From positions 3,045-67,044 of the forward strand of contig CANQCF010000002.1 in NCBI GenBank assembly GCA_947589505.1: DNA of 64,000 nt, written 5' to 3'. Both the position numbers and the translations under genes were made by a program. Position 1 is the stretch's first letter, and every line of letters starts with the position of its first letter. Origin of the DNA: an uncultured Acetatifactor sp. Lineage in GTDB: Bacteria > Bacillota > Clostridia > Lachnospirales > Lachnospiraceae. Shown here piece by piece: positions 17,545 to 27,625 of this stretch. The notes below the pieces were generated by a model. That model made no database searches. It saw only the letters and a program-made list of their open reading frames with translations, and was not told the DNA's origin.

Positions 17545-18377
17545 TGGCAAAGCGGAAGGAGGATACGCCGCCGCCGGGGTCCCCGGCCTGGATGGCAACC
17601 TTCTCGGATATGATGAACCTTCTGCTGTGCTTTTTTGTGCTCCTTTTTTCCATGTCCACTGTGGAGCAGGATAAGTGGGATGCCTTCGTCGCCTCCATGA
17701 ACAACACCTTCAGCATCTTTGACTCGGGAGCGACGACCATCGGCGAGGGCGTTCTGATCAGCAACGGCGTGAGCCAGCTCAACGAACTGGATATGTACCT
17801 GGAGAGCACAGGGAAGCTGGCGGACAGCGACGTGGATGCCGAAGACATACAGGAGTACGACCGTTTTGAGGAGATGGACCAGCAGCAGGTGGACCAGTTC
17901 CTGGAGCACATAGAGGAACAGAACCTTCAGAACAATGAAGAACTGGCGGAACGGGTGGAAGAGTCCGTAAAGGAAAGCGGGATAGACGACCAGGTTGAGG
18001 TCACTTTTAATTCCCAGTACGTGCAGCTCAGCATGAAGGGCGCGCTTTTATTCGATTCGGGGAGCGCGGAGCTCCAGGAGTCGTCCAAGGGCGTTCTGGA
18101 TAAGGTAGCGGTGCTTCTGGAAAAGTACGCGAAGGGGATCGTTGAGATCGAGGGACATACGGACAATGTTCCAATGCACAGCGCAAAATACGCTGACAAT
18201 GAGGAACTGAGCAGCGCCAGGGCGCTGGCCGTGTTTTATTATCTGGTGGACAACAGCCTTTTGGATCCTGTGGATTTAAGACATGCCGGAATGGGGGAGC
18301 GTGTTCCCATAGCCGACAATTCCACGGAGGAGGGCAGAAGCAAGAATCGCCGGGTAGAGATCAGAATATATAATTAG
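17544..18377 (+). CDS. motB: flagellar stator protein MotB
   Basis: WMATFSDMMNLLLCFF TM and OmpA-like domain (EGHTD, NRRVEI). Confidence 0.95.
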   Translation: MAKRKEDTPPPGSPAWMATFSDMMNLLLCFFVLLFSMSTVEQDKWDAFVASMNNTFSIFDSGATTIGEGVLISNGVSQLNELDMYLESTGKLADSDVDAEDIQEYDRFEEMDQQQVDQFLEHIEEQNLQNNEELAERVEESVKESGIDDQVEVTFNSQYVQLSMKGALLFDSGSAELQESSKGVLDKVAVLLEKYAKGIVEIEGHTDNVPMHSAKYADNEELSSARALAVFYYLVDNSLLDPVDLRHAGMGERVPIADNSTEEGRSKNRRVEIRIYN

Positions 18378-18395
18378 GAGGCAGCGCAGCCGGAT

Positions 18396-18914
18396 ATGAA
18401 GAAAAATTTATTGACTGTTTTAATTCTAGCACTGATCATGGTGAACATTGTACTGACTACAGTCATGATGTTCAGCGTTATGAGCACCAATAAAAAGACG
18501 GCAAAGCTGGTGAACAATATTGCCACCGTCCTGAACCTGGAGTGGACGGAACCCGGGGAGGATCCCTCGGAAAACGCCGCGATATCCCTTGCGGATACCG
18601 CCGTCTATAACATCAACGGTTCCATGACCATTCCCCTGGCCATGGATGAAAACGGGAAACAGGGGTATATCGTATTCGACGTAAGCCTTTCCATGAATAA
18701 GAAAGACAAGGACTATAAGAAGTATTCGGAGACCATGGCCGAGAGAGAGAGCCTTGTAAAGGATGTCATCACAAGCGTGGTCACCTCCCATACCCAGGCG
18801 GAGTGCCGGAATAATTTCGAGGGGCTCAAGGAGGAAATCCTGGAAGCGATCCAGAACCTGTTCGGCTCCAAATTTATATTCGACGTGGGGCTGAGCGGAG
18901 TGAAATACAGCTGA
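18396..18914 (+). CDS. fliL: flagellar basal body-associated protein FliL
   Basis: Single N-terminal TM; position between motB and fliM. Confidence 0.82.
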   Translation: MKKNLLTVLILALIMVNIVLTTVMMFSVMSTNKKTAKLVNNIATVLNLEWTEPGEDPSENAAISLADTAVYNINGSMTIPLAMDENGKQGYIVFDVSLSMNKKDKDYKKYSETMAERESLVKDVITSVVTSHTQAECRNNFEGLKEEILEAIQNLFGSKFIFDVGLSGVKYS

Positions 18915-18949
18915 GAAAAAAGCCATTGGAAGACAGGAGGTGAGATTTT

Positions 18950-19933
18950 GTGGGCGATGTCCTTTCCCAGAGCGAGATAGACAATCTTCTGGCGCAGCTG
19001 AACGCCGGTGAATTTGATATGGAGCAGATGAAGGGGGAAGATGAGAAACCGGTCAGAGACTACAATTTTGAGCGGCCCACAAAATTTTCCAAGGAACATC
19101 TGAGGACTCTGGAGATCATCTTTGAGCATTACGGACGGCTTTTGTCTACAAATCTTCCCGTTTATCTTCGGAAAAACGTGCAGATTACAGTGGCCAGCTC
19201 AGAGACGGTTACTTTCAGCGAGTTTACAAACGCGCTGTCCAATCCGGTCATTCTGGGGATCATTAATTTTGCGCCCCTGAACGGTTCCATTATCGTGGAC
19301 CTGCAGTCGAATCTGGGGTACGCCATGCTGGACCGGATGCTGGGCGGAAACGGGGATCCTCTGATAAAGACTAACCGGGATTTTTCAGAGATTGAGCTGG
19401 TGATCATACAGAAGATTTTGGTTCTGATGACGCAGCTGTTCCGGGAACCCTGGAAAAATGTGATCGAACTCAACCCGGTGCTGAGCCGGCTGGAGACAAA
19501 TCCGCAGTTCGCGCAGGTGATCGGGCCCAACGAAATGGTGGCCATTGTGACGCTGAATATGAAGATCGGCGACACAGAGGGATTGGTGAACGTCTGTCTT
19601 CCCTTCTTTACCCTGGAAGACGTCATGGATAAGCTGAACACCAAATACTGGTTCTCCACCATGCAGGAGAACCGGGACGGGGAGTATGAGGCGTATATTG
19701 AAAGTATGATCCGCAGAGTGGAGATCCCTGTAAAGGCCGTTCTCGGAAAGAGCGTGATCAATGTGTCCGACTTCATGAACCTGCAGGTCGGCGACTGCAT
19801 CCGCCTGGACACCAAGGTGGATCAGGATATGGATGTGTATGTGGGAAATATCAGGAAATTTACCGCTCTGCCCGGTGCGAACAAGGACAATTATGCTGTC
19901 CGCGTTACATCCGTGCTGCGGGAGGAGGAATAG
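18950..19933 (+). CDS. fliM: flagellar motor switch protein FliM
   Basis: VLSQSEIDNLL CheY-binding peptide, YNFERP, C-terminal SpoA domain. Confidence 0.96.
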   Translation: MGDVLSQSEIDNLLAQLNAGEFDMEQMKGEDEKPVRDYNFERPTKFSKEHLRTLEIIFEHYGRLLSTNLPVYLRKNVQITVASSETVTFSEFTNALSNPVILGIINFAPLNGSIIVDLQSNLGYAMLDRMLGGNGDPLIKTNRDFSEIELVIIQKILVLMTQLFREPWKNVIELNPVLSRLETNPQFAQVIGPNEMVAIVTLNMKIGDTEGLVNVCLPFFTLEDVMDKLNTKYWFSTMQENRDGEYEAYIESMIRRVEIPVKAVLGKSVINVSDFMNLQVGDCIRLDTKVDQDMDVYVGNIRKFTALPGANKDNYAVRVTSVLREEE

Positions 19934-19936
19934 AGA

Positions 19937-21538
19937 ATGGATGGAGGAATTCTGTCTCAGGACGAAATAAACGCGCTGCTCAGCGGGATGGATCTCTCAG
20001 GAGACACGCCCCCGGAAAATATGGCTGATATGTTCCCGGCGTCAAATGGCCAGACGGCGGAGGATTACCTCGCCGGAACGGAGCCCGTCACAGGAGGGGA
20101 AGAACTTCTGACGGATGTTGACAAGGACGCCATCGGAGAAGTGGCCAATATCAGCATGGGATCGTCCGCGACGACACTGTACTCCCTGGTAAACCGGAAG
20201 GTGGATATCTCCACGCCGGTGGTAGCCCTGACTACCTGGGACCAGCTGATGGAGGATTACGAAAGGCCCTGTGTGTTTATCCAGATCAAGTACACAAAAG
20301 GGCTGGATGGCAGCAATATACTGGTATTAAAGGATCAGGATGTAAAGGTGATCACCAGCCTGATGATGGGCGGCGATGGAACGCCGGACGATGGGGAGCT
20401 TTCGGAGCTTCACCTCAGCGCGATCTCCGAGGCCATGAACCAGATGATGGGGTCCGCTGCAACGTCCCTTTCCACCATGCTCCAGACGACCATCGACATC
20501 AGCCCGCCGGTGTCTTCGCTTTTGGATCTCTCGAAGTTCAGCAGCGGCGCCGAGATCGCTCCCTTCCTGGGAGGGGTTTTCGTCAGGATTGCCTTCCGGA
20601 TGCAGATCGGGGATCTGGTGGACAGCAAGATTATGCAGCTCTATCCGGTGGAATTCGCAAAGAAACTGGTGGACACATTTATCAGTACCCAGCTGGGAAT
20701 GATGACGGAGTCTGCTCCCGCACCGGAACCTGCGGGAAATGAGGCGGCTGTCGGCGGTATGGGTGCTGCGAGCGGTATGCCCGGCGGCATGAACAACATG
20801 GGAGGCATGCCCGGCGATATGGGCATGAACAACATGGGAGCCATGGGAGGCATGCCCGGCGATATGGGCATGAACAATATGGGGGCCATGGGCGGGACAC
20901 CCGGCGGCATGAACAACATGGGAGCCATGGGAGGCATGTCCGGCGATATGGGCATGAACAATATGGGGGCCATGGGAGGCATGCCCGGCGGCATGAACAA
21001 CATGGGGGCCATGGGAGGTATGCCCGGCGGGATGAACAACATGGGAGCCATGGGAGGTATGCCCGGCGGGATGAACAACATGGGAGCCATGGGAGGCATG
21101 CCCGGCGGCATGAACAACATGGGAGCCATGGGCGGTATGCCCGGCAATATGAACGGCATGAACCCCATGATGATGGGCGCAAATCCCATGATGGGCATGA
21201 ATCCCATGATGGGTATGGCGATGCCCCAGCAGCCGGTACAGAACGTAAATGTCCAGCCGGCGCAGTTCCAGAACTTCTCCCAGGATATCAAGAGCGCCGC
21301 GGGCAGCGAGAACATCAACCTGATCATGGATGTGCCTCTGGAAGTGACGGTGGAGCTGGGGAGAACGTCGAAATCCATCTCGGATATCCTGAATTTTGCA
21401 CCGGGTACGATCATCGAGCTGAACCGCATCGCCGGAGAGCCCATCGATGTGTTGGTGAACGGCAAGTTTGTAGCCAAGGGTGAGGTTGTCGTGATCGAAG
21501 AAAGTTTCAGCGTGCGTATCACAGAGATCATAAAGTAA
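19937..21538 (+). CDS. fliY: flagellar motor switch phosphatase FliY
   Basis: LSQDEINALL, two ExxN motifs (EVAN, EAMN), C-terminal FliN domain, long Met/Gly-rich linker. Confidence 0.93.
   Translation: MDGGILSQDEINALLSGMDLSGDTPPENMADMFPASNGQTAEDYLAGTEPVTGGEELLTDVDKDAIGEVANISMGSSATTLYSLVNRKVDISTPVVALTTWDQLMEDYERPCVFIQIKYTKGLDGSNILVLKDQDVKVITSLMMGGDGTPDDGELSELHLSAISEAMNQMMGSAATSLSTMLQTTIDISPPVSSLLDLSKFSSGAEIAPFLGGVFVRIAFRMQIGDLVDSKIMQLYPVEFAKKLVDTFISTQLGMMTESAPAPEPAGNEAAVGGMGAASGMPGGMNNMGGMPGDMGMNNMGAMGGMPGDMGMNNMGAMGGTPGGMNNMGAMGGMSGDMGMNNMGAMGGMPGGMNNMGAMGGMPGGMNNMGAMGGMPGGMNNMGAMGGMPGGMNNMGAMGGMPGNMNGMNPMMMGANPMMGMNPMMGMAMPQQPVQNVNVQPAQFQNFSQDIKSAAGSENINLIMDVPLEVTVELGRTSKSISDILNFAPGTIIELNRIAGEPIDVLVNGKFVAKGEVVVIEESFSVRITEIIK
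20775..21150 (+). repeat. coding tandem repeat (MNNMGAMGGMPGG-like) x9 in fliY
   Basis: 39/45-bp units containing ATGAACAAYATGGG; nine MNNMG cores. Confidence 0.93.
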
Positions 21539-21591
21539 AACCGTGAAATCATAGAAAGCCGGAAAAGATTTCCGGACAGGAGGTAAAGGGA

Positions 21592-21954
21592 ATGGCAAAA
21601 AATATTTTGATTTGCGACGATGCGGCGTTCATGCGGATGATGATTAAGGACATCCTGACGAAGAATGGGTATAACGTGGCAGGCGAGGCGGAGAACGGCG
21701 TGAAGGCGATTGAGAAGTACAAGGAGACCAATCCGGATCTGGTGCTCATGGACATCACCATGCCGGAGATGGACGGGATCCAGGCTCTCAAGGAGATCAA
21801 GAAGGTGGACAGCAGCGCGCTGGTCATCATGTGTTCCGCCATGGGCCAGCAGGCGATGGTCATTGAATCCATTCAGGCCGGCGCGAAGGACTTTATCGTA
21901 AAGCCCTTCCAGCAGGAGCGTGTTATTGAGGCGGTCAAGAAGGTAGTGGGTTAA
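21592..21954 (+). CDS. cheY: chemotaxis response regulator CheY
   Basis: DDAAFMRMMIKD, MDITMPEMDG, FIVKPF. Confidence 0.96.
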   Translation: MAKNILICDDAAFMRMMIKDILTKNGYNVAGEAENGVKAIEKYKETNPDLVLMDITMPEMDGIQALKEIKKVDSSALVIMCSAMGQQAMVIESIQAGAKDFIVKPFQQERVIEAVKKVVG

Positions 21955-22362
21955 ATGGGGATCCTTCTTATGAGCCAGGCGGACAGCTATGCCCAGCTCC
22001 TGACTGTCCTGTTGATTTTTGTGGTGGTTCTGGGAGCCACGGCGTTTACCACCAAGTGGATCTCGGGTTATCAGAAAAAACAGGGAATGTCGGGCAACCT
22101 GGAGCTTTTGGACGCCGTGCGCCTGGGGAACAATAAATATCTCCAGATCGTGCGGGCAGGGGAGACTTATGTGGTCGTGGCGGTCTGCAAGGACACGGTT
22201 TCCGTTCTCGCCCAGATTCCGGCGGAACAGTTAAAGTTCCGGGAGGAAACCGGACAGGCTGTGAGCTTTCGGGAAATTTTCCGGCGCGCGAGACAGAACG
22301 GCGAGACCGGGGAAGAACCGCCGGAGCGCTTAGATGAACCGAAGGATAATGAGAAAGAATGA
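21955..22362 (+). CDS. fliO: flagellar biosynthesis protein FliO/FliZ
   Basis: N-terminal TM, LGNNKYLQIVRAG motif; position before fliP. Confidence 0.85.
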   Translation: MGILLMSQADSYAQLLTVLLIFVVVLGATAFTTKWISGYQKKQGMSGNLELLDAVRLGNNKYLQIVRAGETYVVVAVCKDTVSVLAQIPAEQLKFREETGQAVSFREIFRRARQNGETGEEPPERLDEPKDNEKE

Positions 22363-23234
22363 CAGAGAGCACAGTCAGAAAACTGCATAGGAGAAAACAG
22401 TTATGCCTGCTGGTCACGGTGGGCATATTGTGTATTTTCCGGCCGCTGACAGTTTTTGCCATATCGGAAAACGAGTGGCACATCCCGGGGGAGACGGAGA
22501 CCACCACGGTGGTGGATGCTCCGGGGGTGGCCGAGACGCCGGAGGAGCTAAACCGTCTGAACACGGCAAATACCTGGACCGTTACATACAACGACGGCAA
22601 CGGGGAACTGAACGGCTCCCTGCGGATCCTCCTCACCCTGACGATGATCGCGCTGCTTCCCATCATCGTCATCATGATGACCTCCTTTACCCGGATCATC
22701 ATTGTGCTGCACTTTACGAGGGCCGCTCTGAACACCCAGACGGCTCCGCCGAATCAGATCCTGATCGGCCTGGCGCTCATACTGACCTTTTTTATCATGG
22801 AGCCCACTCTGACGGATGTGTACAACAATGCGGTGGTTCCCTTTGAGGACGGGGAGATCACCCAGGAAGAGGCTCTGGAGAAGGGGATACAGCCCCTTCG
22901 GGAATTTATGTATCCCCAGACCCAGGTGAAGGACGTGCAGCTCTTTATGGATATTGCACAGCTGACCTGGGACGGAGAGAATGAGTCCATCCCCAATTCC
23001 GTCCTGATCCCCAGCTTTATACTGAGCGAGCTGAGGACGGCGTTCTGGATCGGGTTTATGATCTACATTCCCTTTATTGTGATCGACATGGTGGTGGCGT
23101 CCACACTTATGAGCATGGGTATGATGATGCTGCCGCCCACGACGATCTCCATGCCCTTCAAAATCCTGCTCTTTGTCCTGGCGGACGGCTGGTCCCTGGT
23201 GATCGGGGAACTGGTGAGATCCTTCTATGTATGA
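22359..23234 (+). CDS. fliP: flagellar export gate protein FliP
   Basis: MTSFTRIIIV, PPNQIL, SMGMMMLPP, LFVLADGW. Confidence 0.96.
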   Translation: MTESTVRKLHRRKQLCLLVTVGILCIFRPLTVFAISENEWHIPGETETTTVVDAPGVAETPEELNRLNTANTWTVTYNDGNGELNGSLRILLTLTMIALLPIIVIMMTSFTRIIIVLHFTRAALNTQTAPPNQILIGLALILTFFIMEPTLTDVYNNAVVPFEDGEITQEEALEKGIQPLREFMYPQTQVKDVQLFMDIAQLTWDGENESIPNSVLIPSFILSELRTAFWIGFMIYIPFIVIDMVVASTLMSMGMMMLPPTTISMPFKILLFVLADGWSLVIGELVRSFYV

Positions 23235-23264
23235 CGACAACCTGCGGAAAGGCGGCGAAGATAA

Positions 23265-23537
23265 ATGACGGTAGAAGCGATTACGGATATGACGAAACAG
23301 GCTTTATTTGTTGTGCTGAAGACATCCATTCCCATTCTGCTGGTGTCCCTGGTGATTGGCCTGATCGTCAGCATTTTTCAGACGGTGACGTCCATCCAGG
23401 AGCAGACGCTCACTTTTGTGCCGAAGATCATAGGGATCTTCCTGGCCCTGATGCTTTTGGGAAACTGGATGATGGAGAATATGACGCAGTTTACGGTGGA
23501 ACTCTGGTCCAGCTTTGGGCAGTACATCCATAAGTGA
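23265..23537 (+). CDS. fliQ: flagellar export gate protein FliQ
   Basis: FQTVTSIQEQTLTFVPKI. Confidence 0.96.
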   Translation: MTVEAITDMTKQALFVVLKTSIPILLVSLVIGLIVSIFQTVTSIQEQTLTFVPKIIGIFLALMLLGNWMMENMTQFTVELWSSFGQYIHK

Positions 23538-23550
23538 CGGGGATGGTTTC

Positions 23551-24339
23551 ATGATAGAGTATTCTTTTTCCATCTATGACCTGGAATATTTCCTGCTGAT
23601 CCTGTGCAGGGTGTCCGCTTTTGTCTTTGCGGCGCCGTTCTTTGGAATGAGGGGAACGCCGCCAAACCGGTATAAGATCGCGTTCTGCATCTTTACCGCC
23701 ATGCTTCTCTATCAGTCCCTGACCCCGGTTCGGAGCGAGGTTACCTATAACAGTATCCTGGGGTATTCCCTGATCGTCCTGAAGGAAGTGGTCACCGGGC
23801 TGATCCTGGGATTCGGGGCTAACGCCTGTACTGCCATTGTGAACTTTGCGGGTTCTGTGGCGGATATGGAGACGGGACTTTCCATGGCGACCCTCCTGGA
23901 CCCGGCTACAAACCAGAACACCAGCATCACCGGCGTCCTGTACCAGTACGGTTTTATGCTGATGCTGATCGCCAGCGGGATGTACCGCTACCTGCTGGGG
24001 GCCCTTGCGGACAGTTTTTCCCTGATCCCGGTGAACGGCGCGGTCTTTCACGGGGACAGGCTGATGGAGTCCATGCTGGAGTTTATGACGCAGTACATTT
24101 TGATCGGTTTCCGCATCGTGCTGCCGATCTTCTGTGTGATCCTGCTTTTGAATGCGGTGCTGGGCGTGCTGGCAAAGGTGGCGCCCCAGATGAATATGTT
24201 TGCGGTGGGAATGCAGCTCAAGGTGATCGTCGGCCTGAGCGTGCTGTTCCTCTCCCTGAATATGCTGGGAAGCATCTCAGAGTTTATCTTTGACGAGATG
24301 AAGGTGATAACCGCTTCCTTCCTGGAGGGTATGATGTGA
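23551..24339 (+). CDS. fliR: flagellar export gate protein FliR
   Basis: Polytopic membrane protein with GLSMATLLDP and APQMNMFAVG. Confidence 0.93.
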   Translation: MIEYSFSIYDLEYFLLILCRVSAFVFAAPFFGMRGTPPNRYKIAFCIFTAMLLYQSLTPVRSEVTYNSILGYSLIVLKEVVTGLILGFGANACTAIVNFAGSVADMETGLSMATLLDPATNQNTSITGVLYQYGFMLMLIASGMYRYLLGALADSFSLIPVNGAVFHGDRLMESMLEFMTQYILIGFRIVLPIFCVILLLNAVLGVLAKVAPQMNMFAVGMQLKVIVGLSVLFLSLNMLGSISEFIFDEMKVITASFLEGMM

Positions 24340-25448
24340 CGCTGAAGTATAATCTGCAGTTTTTTGCTAAAGAGGGCGTGGGCGGCGAGAAAACAGAGCC
24401 CGCCACTCCCAAAAAGCTGGAGGACGCCAGAAAAGAGGGCCAGGTCGCAAAGAGCCGTGAGATCGCCAACGGCGTGGGACTTCTCGCCCTGTTTTTGCTG
24501 TTGAAATTCTGGGTGGGGACGCTGGCCTCCCGGCTTCTGGAACTTTTTCCGACTGTTTACGGCTCTATTACATCCACGGTGACGTTCTGGTACGGGGATG
24601 TCCCACGGGTGGACACATGGAGGCTGTTCCGCCACATGTTGCTGCAGATGCTGCAGATCGTTGGGCCTATCCTTCTCTTGGGTTTTGCGGTGGCCTTTAT
24701 CTGCGATGTGGTGCAGGTGGGGTGGAAACCCACATCAAAGCCCCTGATGCCGAAGTTCAGCAAGCTGAACCCCCTGAGCGGAATCAAAAGGATCTTTTCC
24801 GTAAATTCCCTGATGGAGCTGGGAAAGGCTATCGCGAAGATCCTGTTGATCTCCATTGTGGTCTACAGTTATATCAGGAATAAGTGGGTCCTCCTGTTTG
24901 ATGTCTTCGATATGGAACTGGTACAGGCGATCCGGCTCCTGGGCAATATCGTCACGGATCTTGGAATCCGGGTATCCATCGTGGTGCTGCTCATAGCTTT
25001 CGTGGATCTGATCTATCAGAGGGTGAAGTTTACCAATGATATGAAGATGACCAAGCAGGAGGTTAAGGACGAGTACAAGCAGTCCGAGGGAGATCCCCAG
25101 ATCAAGGGGAAGATCCGCCAGAAGATGATGGAGGCTTCCCGCAGGAGGATGATGCAGGAACTTCCGAAGGCGGACGTGGTCATCACAAACCCCACCCACT
25201 ATGCAGTGGCGATCCGATACGATTCCTCTGAGGCGGAGGCCCCCGTGGTGCTGGCAAAGGGCGAGGATTATCTTGCGGGGAGAATTAAGGAGATCGCCAG
25301 GGAGAACGACATCGAGATCGTGGAGAACAAGCCTCTTGCCAGGATGCTCTACGCGAATGTGGATGTGGGACAGATGGTGCCGCCGGAGCTTTACGCGGCG
25401 GTGGCGGAGGTTCTGGCCTATGTCTATAAGCTGAAAGGACGGGCCTGA
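24336..25448 (+). CDS. flhB: flagellar export switch protein FlhB
   Basis: EKTEPATPKK and NPTH autocleavage motif. Confidence 0.96.
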   Translation: MTLKYNLQFFAKEGVGGEKTEPATPKKLEDARKEGQVAKSREIANGVGLLALFLLLKFWVGTLASRLLELFPTVYGSITSTVTFWYGDVPRVDTWRLFRHMLLQMLQIVGPILLLGFAVAFICDVVQVGWKPTSKPLMPKFSKLNPLSGIKRIFSVNSLMELGKAIAKILLISIVVYSYIRNKWVLLFDVFDMELVQAIRLLGNIVTDLGIRVSIVVLLIAFVDLIYQRVKFTNDMKMTKQEVKDEYKQSEGDPQIKGKIRQKMMEASRRRMMQELPKADVVITNPTHYAVAIRYDSSEAEAPVVLAKGEDYLAGRIKEIARENDIEIVENKPLARMLYANVDVGQMVPPELYAAVAEVLAYVYKLKGRA

Positions 25449-25576
25449 GCCCGCTCCGAAAGAGGGGCGGAATCTTCTGCGGACAGATCACGGCGCGGAT
25501 GAAGAAAACCGGAACCGGCCGGATACTCCGGAAAATCGGAGAATTTTGAATGACCCAGGAAAGGAGGTGAGGGCGG

Positions 25577-27625
25577 ATGTTTCGTGCGAGGTTACAGAAG
25601 ACGGACGCCATGGTGGCAATCTATATTCTGACGGCGTTTGCAATGCTGATCGTGCCTCTTCAGGCCTGGATTTTGGACATCTTTATGGCTTTCAACATCG
25701 CTATTGCCTTCACGATCCTGTTTGTGTGCATGTTCACCAAAGAAGTGCTGGACGTGTCCTATTTCCCTACGATCCTGTTGTTTACCACGATCTTCCGGAT
25801 CGCCATGAACGTGTCCTCCACCAGACTGATCCTGACCACCGGTACCGCCGGAAACGTGGTCATGACCTTCGGCCAGTTCGTGGGAGGCGGCGACTTGATC
25901 GTCGGGGCCATTATCTTCATTATATTGATTCTGGTACAGTTCCTGGTGATCAACAAAGGTTCGGAGCGCGTGGCGGAGGTGACGGCGAGGTTCACCTTGG
26001 ACGCAATGCCCGGCAAACAGATGGCCATCGACGCGGACTTGAACACCGGGGCCATCGACGACGAGGAAGCGAAGCGCAGGCGGGATAAGATCCAGCAGGA
26101 GTCCAGCTTCTTCGGCGCCATGGACGGTGCGGTGAAGTACGTCAAGGGGGACGCGGTGGCGGGTCTGATCCTGACCGCCATCAACCTCATAGGCGGTATT
26201 GCCATGGGTATGCTCCGGGGAGGCATGGATATTTCCGGGGCGCTGGACAACTATGGCATCCTCACCATCGGCGACGGCCTTGTGAGCCAGATCCCCTCCC
26301 TTCTGATTTCCCTGTCCACCGGCGTACTGGTCACAAAGGGCGGGAAGGAAGCGGAGTTCGGTCCCACGATCATCAAACAGCTTTTCGGGGTTCCCAAGGT
26401 CATGTACCTTGTGGGGGGAACCCTGGCTTTCCTGGGACTGGTGACGGAGCTGAACACCATCCTTTTTCTGGGGATGGGGCTTCTCTTTATCGTGGGGGGC
26501 AGGATGATCGCCGACAATCTGGAGATGGCGGGCATCGAGAACGAGGTGGAGACGGAGGAAGCAGCCGCGGAAGAGATCCGTCAGCCGGAGAACGTCAATA
26601 CCCTGCTTCAGGTGGATCCCATCGAGCTGGATTTCGGCTATGGCATCATTCCCCTGGCGGACGTGAATCAAGGCGGCGACCTTCTGGACCGCGTGGTTAT
26701 GATCCGGCGTCAGATCGCCCTGGAGCTTGGAACCGTAGTGCCTATCATCCGTCTGCGGGATAACATTCAGCTGAATCCCAATCAGTACATCATCCTGATC
26801 AAAGGGATACAGGTCAGCGAGGGAGAAATCCTCTTTGACCATTACATGGCGATGAATCCGGGTTATGTGGAGGAGGAGATCACGGGTATCCCCACCTTTG
26901 AGCCTTCCTTCCACCTTCCGGCGATCTGGATTACCGAGGGGCAGCGGGAGAGAGCGGAAAGCCTGGGCTACACGGTGGTGGACGCCCCGTCCATCATCGC
27001 CACCCACCTGACGGAGACCATACGCCAGTACATCGCGGAACTGTTGACCCGTCAGGATGTGCAGAACCTGATCAACAACATCAAGGAGAGCAATCCTTCC
27101 CTGGTGGAAGAACTCACGCCAAAGCTCCTGGGTGTGGGAGAGATCCAGAAAGTTCTTCAGAATCTATTGAAAGAGGGCATTTCCATCCGGGATCTGCTCA
27201 CGATCCTGGAGACCCTGGCGGATTACGCGCCCACCACGAGGGACACGGATATCCTCACGGAATACGTCAGACAAAGCCTGAAACGGGCGATTTCAACGAA
27301 ATACTTTGCACCCCATGAGGCCACCAGCGTGGTGACGCTGGATCCCAAGGTGGAGCAGGAGATCATGGGAAGCGTAAAGCAGACGGAGACAGGGGCGTTC
27401 CTGAATCTGGATCCCGCAAGGGCCAGGGCGATCATCGACTCTGTGGGAAATGAGATTAAAAAGCTGGAGAACCTTGGAAAGAGCCCCATTGTGATCACGT
27501 CTCCAATCGTCAGGATGTATTTTAAGAGACTGACGGAGGAGTATTACAAAGATCTGGCGGTGGTCTCCTATAACGAGGTGGAGTCGAATGTGGAATTACA
27601 ATCGGTTGGGATGGTGACGGCATAA
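25577..27625 (+). CDS. flhA: flagellar export protein FlhA
   Basis: ERVAEVTARFTLDAMPGKQMAIDADL FHIPEP motif. Confidence 0.97.
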   Translation: MFRARLQKTDAMVAIYILTAFAMLIVPLQAWILDIFMAFNIAIAFTILFVCMFTKEVLDVSYFPTILLFTTIFRIAMNVSSTRLILTTGTAGNVVMTFGQFVGGGDLIVGAIIFIILILVQFLVINKGSERVAEVTARFTLDAMPGKQMAIDADLNTGAIDDEEAKRRRDKIQQESSFFGAMDGAVKYVKGDAVAGLILTAINLIGGIAMGMLRGGMDISGALDNYGILTIGDGLVSQIPSLLISLSTGVLVTKGGKEAEFGPTIIKQLFGVPKVMYLVGGTLAFLGLVTELNTILFLGMGLLFIVGGRMIADNLEMAGIENEVETEEAAAEEIRQPENVNTLLQVDPIELDFGYGIIPLADVNQGGDLLDRVVMIRRQIALELGTVVPIIRLRDNIQLNPNQYIILIKGIQVSEGEILFDHYMAMNPGYVEEEITGIPTFEPSFHLPAIWITEGQRERAESLGYTVVDAPSIIATHLTETIRQYIAELLTRQDVQNLINNIKESNPSLVEELTPKLLGVGEIQKVLQNLLKEGISIRDLLTILETLADYAPTTRDTDILTEYVRQSLKRAISTKYFAPHEATSVVTLDPKVEQEIMGSVKQTETGAFLNLDPARARAIIDSVGNEIKKLENLGKSPIVITSPIVRMYFKRLTEEYYKDLAVVSYNEVESNVELQSVGMVTA

